Assembly (NCBI GenBank): GCA_016290905.1
Contig: JAEEVO010000001.1
Span: forward strand, 61,412-125,411
Length of the DNA: 64,000 nucleotides
Source: Lachnospiraceae bacterium
Lineage (GTDB): Bacteria; Bacillota; Clostridia; Lachnospirales; Lachnospiraceae
Direction of reading: 5' to 3'
How positions within the stretch are numbered: position 1 is the stretch's first letter; each line of letters begins with the position of its first letter. Positions 57,169-64,000 of the stretch are shown one piece after another. The translations under genes and the position numbers were made by a program. The notes under the pieces were generated by a model. The model was not told the origin of the DNA, did no database searches, and saw only the letters and a list, made by a program, of their open reading frames with translations.

Positions 57169-58914
57169 TTACATATTCAGATATCCGTTTATCGGGTAGG
57201 TTTCAAGGGTTTCTTCATCGAAATTGTCCAGGACTGTATAAAATTCGTAGTATCCGTTCTCAACATCTTTAAGATAATTCTTTGTCAGCGCTTTTGCATA
57301 GCTTGCGTCAAGAGTATTATAGATTGGATCGTATTCCTTGCCGTAACCTGTGTTGCGCCAATGATAGAAGCTTACCGGAGTGATGGTGTTTTCAAAAAGA
57401 TTATTTGTTATCAGCGGGTTGGTTGCACCGTTTAATATGATGAATATATGTGAGAACTCCGGGAATACCGTGTTGATAAAGACGTTGTCGGTTATAACCG
57501 GTTTATCCCAGTTCATGCATCTTACCGCATAGGTGCTGCAGTCAATGACTGTATTTCTTAGGAAATTAACGTTTTTATGGGGACTTCCGTATGTATATTT
57601 GTGGGTTCCCGCGGCACATTCCAGATCGTAGAAAATATTATCTGTTATATAAACATTAAGATCCGGGGTTTTGTCATAACTGGTCCAGTATTGGTGAAAA
57701 CCATTTGTTACCGTATCGGGAGTATCGAGATTTATAGCTTCCTTTCTGGCGGTCGTGGATTCCGCTGAGCCGCTGAAATAATTATTGCTGATAATGACAT
57801 CCTTTGAGGCATCAAGCTCGATAAAATGGTAGGTATTCATGTTCAGGAATTTTATACCGGAAACAGTGAGCCTGTTGCAGTGACAGGCTACAATACCATG
57901 GCTCTTTATCCCGTTAAGATCTATTCGGGCGTCGCCTTCCCCCAGTATCTTTATGTCATGTTCCCCGTTGTAACCCTTGAAAACGCCCTCCTTAGCCGCA
58001 TTTGTGTAGGAGACGGTCTGGAAAAGGGATGCTGTAGCGTTAAGAGATGAATTTGTATTGTCCGATTTGACTATTCTGGCGCCATCTTCGAGCACTATAG
58101 TTGTGTTTGAAGGAATACAGAGGGTATTGGTAACGGTGTAGGTTCCCTTTTGCAGGACAAGGACGCCTCCTTTTGTGGCGTCAAGCTTTTCAAGATAGGA
58201 ACGGAGCAGATAGTATCCCTTTGTGTACTTATTATATGTGCTGTAAGTGGTATAATTGTCCTTATATGGCTTTGAATCAGGAGAAATGATGAAGAGAGGG
58301 CCTTTTCCGTCATAGATCTTTATATCTGTTGAAAAGGTTTCATCACCGCATCGTGCGACGAGAGAAAAACTCCCGGCCTTTAAAGGATGTACCTTACATC
58401 CAGTTGCCGAGACCGCTTCTATCTCAACGGGTGCGCCGTAAGAAAGCTCCCAGGAGACAGGTTTGTCGTGCCCGTAGCGTTCCAGATCGAAAACATAGGA
58501 ACCGTCGAGCGTCATCGTGGTGGTTGACGCAGAGAGCTTGCTGTAAGGCTCTTTGACGGTAACTTTCATGGAACAGGTTTTCTTTTTTTGCTTCGGGATC
58601 TTGATGGTCGCATATATGGTGGTCTTGCCCGGAGAAACCGGAAAGATTTCGCCGTCCTCGGATACCGTGGCTACCTTTTTGTTCTTGCTCTTAAATGTGA
58701 TGGTGGCGTTTTCGTCGGCTCCGATTATTTCAGCATAATAACTTTTCCAGCCTGTATACAGGATTTTGGAGGAAACGTCAAAAGAATACTTGGCTGCTGC
58801 TTCTTTGGCGTCGGCTTTTGTTCCTTGGATGAAGGCTAAAAACAGGATGAATAGAAAAGCCGTAACCGGCAGGTATTTGAAAATTGCATGTTTTTTAAAA
58901 AGTGATTCTTTCAT
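57169..58914 (-). CDS. Secreted protein with Big_2-type Ig-like domains and a right-handed parallel beta-helix domain
   Basis: 581 aa. Signal peptide. KKVATVSEDGEIFPVSPGKTTIYATI (Big_2-like). C-terminal repetitive N/I/T-rich strands (ISNNYF, ITDNIF, ITDNVF, ITNNLF) typical of pectin-lyase-fold repeats. Confidence 0.6.
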   Translation of the reverse strand: MKESLFKKHAIFKYLPVTAFLFILFLAFIQGTKADAKEAAAKYSFDVSSKILYTGWKSYYAEIIGADENATITFKSKNKKVATVSEDGEIFPVSPGKTTIYATIKIPKQKKKTCSMKVTVKEPYSKLSASTTTMTLDGSYVFDLERYGHDKPVSWELSYGAPVEIEAVSATGCKVHPLKAGSFSLVARCGDETFSTDIKIYDGKGPLFIISPDSKPYKDNYTTYSTYNKYTKGYYLLRSYLEKLDATKGGVLVLQKGTYTVTNTLCIPSNTTIVLEDGARIVKSDNTNSSLNATASLFQTVSYTNAAKEGVFKGYNGEHDIKILGEGDARIDLNGIKSHGIVACHCNRLTVSGIKFLNMNTYHFIELDASKDVIISNNYFSGSAESTTARKEAINLDTPDTVTNGFHQYWTSYDKTPDLNVYITDNIFYDLECAAGTHKYTYGSPHKNVNFLRNTVIDCSTYAVRCMNWDKPVITDNVFINTVFPEFSHIFIILNGATNPLITNNLFENTITPVSFYHWRNTGYGKEYDPIYNTLDASYAKALTKNYLKDVENGYYEFYTVLDNFDEETLETYPINGYLNM

Positions 58915-58942
58915 AAGCTAAAAATTTAAAGCTGCGCCGGTA

Positions 58943-59998
58943 TCAGGTACTACCGGCAGCAGCCTGTTTACTTTCTTTATATTTCTCAGCGGATATGCAA
59001 GTATAATACTCTACTCCGTTTTGAAGAGGCACCTCTCTTGCAGCGAACATTTCACTTACGGAGCAAACCTGATAGCCCTGTTCCAAAAGCCACGGAACGA
59101 CTAAGGTTACGGCTTCGGCTGTACTGGGATAACGGTCGTGCATAAGTATTATCGCACCGTCTTTGGTATATTTCTTTACCTCTTCAAAGACGGACTGCGC
59201 ATTTTTGCTATCCCAGTCAAGTGTATCAACAGACCAGTTGATGAGAGGATGTCCTGCAAGTGCTTTAACGGTATCGTTTGCATTTCCGTAGGGAGCTCTT
59301 AAAAGGAAATCACGGTTTGTTCCGAGTGCCTTATTTAAGAGATCCTGATTATCGTTTATTTCTTTTAATATTTCTTCCTTTGTCAGCTTGTTGAGGTTTT
59401 TATGATTTACGGTATGGCTTGCAACCTCACTTCCGGAATCGTATACAAGATTTACGTTTTGCGGATTGTTGGGTATTTCGTTGCCGACTATGAAGAATGT
59501 ACCATGAACGTTATATTTTACAAGAGTATTGACAATCTTGGCGGTATTAACGCTCGGTCCGTCATCAAAGGTAAGAGCGACTATAGGCTTTTCCGGATCG
59601 ATATGCGAAATATCCATATATAGTTCATGTTGATCGCCCTCGCCGTCCTGCGGTGTTGGTGTAGCCTCAGGATCATCGGTAGGAGAAGGAGTTGTTTCAT
59701 CCTGATCTTGTCCTGCCTCAGGGGAAGGAGTGACCTCCGGAGACGGATCCGCTGTCGGATCCGGAGCCACGGAGGATTTGTCTTCGGGTTGTAAAATATC
59801 GGTTCCCTGTTTGCCAACAATGGTACCCAGATTTCCCAAACCGGAAGAGGAAGCTTCGTTTTGGGTTTCATCCTCGGTTTTGCCGGTTCCCGATCCGGAA
59901 CCGGTAAGACCGTCAAGCTTTATAAAAAAGACTACGAGTACTATGATAGCGGCTATAGCGGTTGTAGCCAGGGCAATATTTAAAAACTTATTATTCAT
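58943..59998 (-). CDS. Polysaccharide deacetylase (CE4/NodB family), membrane-anchored
   Basis: N-terminal TM segment, P/T/E/D-rich linker, then NodB motifs ALTFDDGPS, ASHTVNH and LLRAPYG. Confidence 0.85.
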   Translation of the reverse strand: MNNKFLNIALATTAIAAIIVLVVFFIKLDGLTGSGSGTGKTEDETQNEASSSGLGNLGTIVGKQGTDILQPEDKSSVAPDPTADPSPEVTPSPEAGQDQDETTPSPTDDPEATPTPQDGEGDQHELYMDISHIDPEKPIVALTFDDGPSVNTAKIVNTLVKYNVHGTFFIVGNEIPNNPQNVNLVYDSGSEVASHTVNHKNLNKLTKEEILKEINDNQDLLNKALGTNRDFLLRAPYGNANDTVKALAGHPLINWSVDTLDWDSKNAQSVFEEVKKYTKDGAIILMHDRYPSTAEAVTLVVPWLLEQGYQVCSVSEMFAAREVPLQNGVEYYTCISAEKYKESKQAAAGST

Positions 59999-61122
59999 CA
60001 GATACTGTACCTGTCACTTCTCTCGAGAACGATTCTCGGTTTTCCGGGTTCACCGGAATAATTACTGTTCGGCATGATGGTGTCCCTGCTCTCTATAATG
60101 CAGTTTTCGATATAGGAATTGTCACCTATATGGACTCCGTTCAAAACGATAGAATTTCTGATGGTACAGTTGTTTCCTATATAAACCTGCTTAAATATGA
60201 TCGAATTCTCGACACGGCCGTTTACTATCGTACCGCTTGCTATCAGGCTGTTCCTGACATCGGCACCCGCATTGTACTTTGCGGGAGGAAGATCGTCAAC
60301 CTTGGAATATACATCGGGATACTGTCTGAAGAAGTAATCTCTTATGTCGGGCTTTAAGAAATCCATGTTGGCATCGTAATAATCCATTACAGATGCGATA
60401 TTACGCCAGTATTCGGTATGCTCAAACGCATAGATTTTCTTGACATCCTTGAATCTGATGATGATATCGCGAACCAGGTCATAGCGTTCTTCCTCGTTTG
60501 CACGCTCAAGCATTTCTATGAGCTGGCGTCTTCTTACGACATATATGCCTGCCGAAACAAGAGGCTCGTCCTCTGCTCCGTTGGGCTTTTCGTCAAAGGA
60601 TGTGATCCTGCCGTCGGGATCGGTGGTTATTATGCCGTAACGGCTGGTATCCGCACATTTTCCGAGACGCTTGCAGACAACGGTTATGTCGGCTTTATTC
60701 TCGATATGCTTTTCAAGAACCTTGTTAAAATCAAGCTTATAGATGATATCTCCCGATGTGATCACTACATAAGGCTCATGGCTGTTCTTTAAGAAATCTA
60801 TGTTCTGGTAGATAGAATCAGCGGTTCCTCTGTACCAGAAAGAATTATCCACCGTGATGGTAGGGGTGAATACATAAAGTCCGCCCTGTTTACGTCCGAA
60901 ATCCCACCATTTTGAAGAGCTCATGTGCTCGTTCAGTGAACGGGAGTTATACTGGGTGAGAACCGCAACCTTCTGAACCTTGGAATTTGCAAGACTGCTG
61001 AGCGCGAAATCGACAGCCCTGTAACTTCCTGCCAGAGGCATGGCAGCCACTGCACGTTTATTTGTAAGTTCTTTCATTCTGCTGGCGTTCCCGCCGGCAA
61101 GTACTATACCTATCGCCCTCAT
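59998..61122 (-). CDS. glgD: Glucose-1-phosphate adenylyltransferase, regulatory subunit GlgD
   Basis: 374 aa. MRAIGIVLAGGNASRM (degenerate GGxGxRL) plus a left-handed beta-helix C-terminus. Position directly after glgC with an ATGA overlap. Confidence 0.85.
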   Translation of the reverse strand: MRAIGIVLAGGNASRMKELTNKRAVAAMPLAGSYRAVDFALSSLANSKVQKVAVLTQYNSRSLNEHMSSSKWWDFGRKQGGLYVFTPTITVDNSFWYRGTADSIYQNIDFLKNSHEPYVVITSGDIIYKLDFNKVLEKHIENKADITVVCKRLGKCADTSRYGIITTDPDGRITSFDEKPNGAEDEPLVSAGIYVVRRRQLIEMLERANEEERYDLVRDIIIRFKDVKKIYAFEHTEYWRNIASVMDYYDANMDFLKPDIRDYFFRQYPDVYSKVDDLPPAKYNAGADVRNSLIASGTIVNGRVENSIIFKQVYIGNNCTIRNSIVLNGVHIGDNSYIENCIIESRDTIMPNSNYSGEPGKPRIVLERSDRYSI

Positions 61123-62393
61123 GCGTCTTCACCCGCCTTCCTGAGACTTTCACCGCCGGCAAGCCAGTTATTGGTATAATCCTCATGTGTGGTAATACCT
61201 GATATAACCGTGTTCTTACCTATATGAACCCCGTCCGGAATGACAGTTTTTTCCCCGAGTGTCACAAGTCCGTTACAATAGATATTGGGGTGCTCTTTGT
61301 TTTCGACCTCTTCACCTACACCGAGTTCGCAATTGGAGCCTACAACGGCTCTTTCGGCGATGATGGCCTTGTTTATCTTGGAATTTTTTCCGATGTGGGT
61401 TCCCTGCATGACGATGGAGTCGGAAACAACCGCTCCCTCCTCAATGACAACCTCGGGACCGATCACGGAGTTATACACACTTCCGTAGATCTCGGTACCT
61501 TCGCCGACGATGCTCCTGCTTAAAACGGCATGCTCGCCGAGATATTGAGCCGTGCTTACATCGCTTTTCGTATATATCTTCCAGAACTCTTCGTAAAGGT
61601 TGAAATCGGGAACAAGATCGATCAGTTCCATGTTGGATTCCCAGTAAGCGGAAAGTGTTCCCACATCCTTCCAATAGCCGTTATACTCAAACGCATAAAC
61701 GCTTGCGCCGTTATTGTGGCAATAAGGAATGACATGCATACCGAAGTCGCAGCCGGGCTGGTCCTTCAGCTTTATGAGCGCATCCTTGAGCACTTTCCAT
61801 GTAAAAATGTATATACCCATGGAAGCAAGGTTACTTCTGGGTTTTGCCGGTTTCTCCTCGAAATCTATGACCTTTTTGTTTTCATCGGTTATGACGAGAC
61901 CGAATCTTGAGGCATCCTCCCAGGCAACAGGGTAAGTGGCCAGCGTTATGTCTGCCTTGTTTGACTTGTGGAAATCCAGAAGGATCTCATAGTCCATCTT
62001 ATAAATATGATCGCCGCCGAGGATGAGGACGTATTCCGGATTGTAATGTTCAATGAACTTCAGGTTTTGATAAATGGCGTTTGCGGTTCCGGTGTACCAC
62101 TCTGCATTGTCGCTCTTTTCATAGGGCGGAAGAATACTTACGCCACCGATATTACGGTCAAGATCCCACGGTATGCCTATACCGATATGGGTGTTCAGTC
62201 TTAAAGGCTGATACTGGGTAAGGACACCTACTGTGTCTACTCCTGAATTAATGCAATTGCTCAAAGGAAAGTCAATTATCCTGTATTTACCGCCATAGCT
62301 TACTGCCGGTTTTGCCATATCTGCGGTGAGAATACCGAGTCGGGACCCCTGTCCGCCGGCCAAAAGCATGGCTATCATTTCTTTCCGGATCAA
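61119..62393 (-). CDS. glgC: Glucose-1-phosphate adenylyltransferase
   Basis: IAMLLAGGQGSRLG, YRIIDFPLSNC and WYTGTANAIYQN motifs. Probable TTG start at 62393, 8 nt after a GGAGG RBS (the track ATG 62414 lies upstream of that RBS). Confidence 0.9.
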   Translation of the reverse strand: MIRKEMIAMLLAGGQGSRLGILTADMAKPAVSYGGKYRIIDFPLSNCINSGVDTVGVLTQYQPLRLNTHIGIGIPWDLDRNIGGVSILPPYEKSDNAEWYTGTANAIYQNLKFIEHYNPEYVLILGGDHIYKMDYEILLDFHKSNKADITLATYPVAWEDASRFGLVITDENKKVIDFEEKPAKPRSNLASMGIYIFTWKVLKDALIKLKDQPGCDFGMHVIPYCHNNGASVYAFEYNGYWKDVGTLSAYWESNMELIDLVPDFNLYEEFWKIYTKSDVSTAQYLGEHAVLSRSIVGEGTEIYGSVYNSVIGPEVVIEEGAVVSDSIVMQGTHIGKNSKINKAIIAERAVVGSNCELGVGEEVENKEHPNIYCNGLVTLGEKTVIPDGVHIGKNTVISGITTHEDYTNNWLAGGESLRKAGEDA

Positions 62394-62610
62394 GCAGTTC
62401 ACCTCCATGTTCATTTATATTTTGCGTGCTCCCGAAAAAACGGGTATACACCCCCAACTACATAATAGCACATTGTATTGGCTTTTTCAAGCAAAAGTCT
62501 TTAAAAAACATAAAAAAACAGGGTTTACATCTACTGATTTTAATATTATAATGTTCGGGTAGTAAAAGAATAACCGGGTTATAACCATCCGGTTGATTTT
62601 GGAGGCAAAA

Positions 62611-63996
62611 ATGAAATATATTGATTATAGTGCTCCCTGCCGGGTCCATTTCATAGGAATAGGCGGGATAAGCATGAGCGGATTCGCCAAGCTTCTGCAC
62701 AACAAGGGATTCATAGTTTCGGGTTCGGATTCCGCAAGGAATGAGAATACGGAGGTTTTGGAGGAGATGGGTATAAAATGCTTTTATCCCAACAAAGCCG
62801 AGAATATACCCGGGGAGTGTAAGGTAGTGGTTTATTCGGCTGCCGTAAGCAAGGACAATCCCGAGCTTAAGGAGGCCGAAAGACGTGGCATACCTGTCAT
62901 AGACAGGGCAGAGATGGTCGGCGACATCATGCTTCACTATAATAGGAGCGTATCCGTTGCGGGAACTCACGGAAAGACCACGACCACATCCATGATGAGC
63001 CTGATCTTTTTGGAAGAGGGACTCGATCCTACGGTATCGGTCGGAGGAGTACTTGATGCGATAGGCGGTAACTTCAGGGACGGTGATCTCGGCAACATGG
63101 TCATAGAGTCCTGTGAGTACACCGATTCCTTCCTTAAATTCCATCCTACTCATGCGCTGATAACAAATATAGAAGCGGAACACCTTGATTATTTTAAGAA
63201 TCTTGAGAATGAAAGGGAGTCTTTTAAGAAGTTTGCCGGGCTGCTTCCGGAAAACGGGCTCCTGGTTGTTGAAAAATCAATACCCGATTATATTACACTG
63301 TTTAAAGATGTGAAATGCCCGGTGATCAACTATTCTTTATCGGATACGACGGCGGATTACTATGCCGCAGATGTCACCTATGACGAGTATGACAGGGGCT
63401 CATTCATGCTTATGCATAAGGGAGAACCCGTGATAAGGCTTAGTCTCTCGGTTGTGGGAGAGCATAACGTGAGCAATGCCACGGGGGCTGCGGCGCTTGC
63501 TCTTGAGATGGGAATATCCGGAGAGGCTGTTGCAAAGGGCATCGGAAAGTTTACCGGTACGAAGAGGCGCTTTGAGAAAAAAGGCGAATTCAAGGGAGTG
63601 ACGATCATAGATGACTATGCTCATCATCCGACGGAAATGACCGCCACCTTAAAGGCTGCCGCCCAATATCCCCACAGGAAGATCTGGTGTACCTTCCAGC
63701 CCCATACGTATTCACGGACGATATCCTTTAAAGACGAGATATGCGAGGCTCTTTCACTGGCGGACAGGGTTGTGCTGCTTGATATATACGCTGCCAGGGA
63801 GAAGGATCCGGGAACGATTTCCTCGCTTATGCTGACGGAGGAGATGAAAAGCAGATTTGGTAAAGAAACATACTATTTTTCGAGCTTTTCGGAGGCTGAA
63901 AAATTTTTATCGGACAGTTGTGAGCCGGGTGACCTGTTAATAACAATGGGCGCCGGAAACGTGGTAAAAATAGGCGAAGACCTTTTAGAGCATTAA
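62611..63996 (+). CDS. murC: UDP-N-acetylmuramate--L-alanine ligase
   Basis: ATG 62611 after a GGAGG RBS. VHFIGIGGISMSG, GTHGKTTTTSM and DDYAHHPTE motifs. Confidence 0.95.
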   Translation: MKYIDYSAPCRVHFIGIGGISMSGFAKLLHNKGFIVSGSDSARNENTEVLEEMGIKCFYPNKAENIPGECKVVVYSAAVSKDNPELKEAERRGIPVIDRAEMVGDIMLHYNRSVSVAGTHGKTTTTSMMSLIFLEEGLDPTVSVGGVLDAIGGNFRDGDLGNMVIESCEYTDSFLKFHPTHALITNIEAEHLDYFKNLENERESFKKFAGLLPENGLLVVEKSIPDYITLFKDVKCPVINYSLSDTTADYYAADVTYDEYDRGSFMLMHKGEPVIRLSLSVVGEHNVSNATGAAALALEMGISGEAVAKGIGKFTGTKRRFEKKGEFKGVTIIDDYAHHPTEMTATLKAAAQYPHRKIWCTFQPHTYSRTISFKDEICEALSLADRVVLLDIYAAREKDPGTISSLMLTEEMKSRFGKETYYFSSFSEAEKFLSDSCEPGDLLITMGAGNVVKIGEDLLEH

Positions 63997-64000
63997 GTTT

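Noticed and set aside
1-64000. Mobile elements, prophage genes, toxin-antitoxin pairs, tRNA/rRNA genes or known defence systems
   Set aside because: No integrase, transposase or recombinase motifs, no tRNA-like T-arm sequences in intergenic regions, and no cas or restriction-modification signatures were seen on either strand.

Overview
This is a 64 kb chromosomal segment from a low-to-mid GC anaerobic Firmicute (Clostridia, Lachnospiraceae-like by gene content). I found no rRNA, tRNA, CRISPR array, transposase or prophage genes. Much of it is housekeeping: sbcDC, cysE, deoB, dtd, rubrerythrin, rho, rpmE, the DUF1385-prmC-prfA block, pth, mfd, glgCD and murC. Accessory islands sit between these genes. 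The most interesting is a seven-gene operon (34165-41133) in which a complete nitrogenase-like reductase (NifH-like plus short NifD/E-like and NifK/N-like subunits) is interleaved with a FecCD/FepC/binding-protein metal-chelate ABC importer. A TM1266-type ACT protein heads the operon. It has one consensus promoter, a roughly 330 nt structured leader with a terminator-like hairpin, and one strong terminator. Its internal spacers are occupied by two families of REP-like palindromic repeats. Nothing else in the window supports N2 fixation, so I read it as an uncharacterised import-then-ATP-driven-reduction system. Other notable items:
- A HydS-like sensory [FeFe]-hydrogenase domain fused to a degenerate GGDEF and an intact EAL domain (17105-19690).
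- A pair of paralogous ABC exporter half-transporters, each with an N-terminal PH-like plus zinc-ribbon module, flanking a DUF1854-like gene (23329-28609).
- A CbbX/SpoVK-type AAA+ ATPase paired with a YbjN-like protein.
- A four-hairpin array after cysE.
- A surface protein with 48-nt tandem repeats and a transglutaminase-like core.
- A PspC protein with an Asn/Tyr-rich tail.

All family calls come from reading motifs by eye. No database search was possible.
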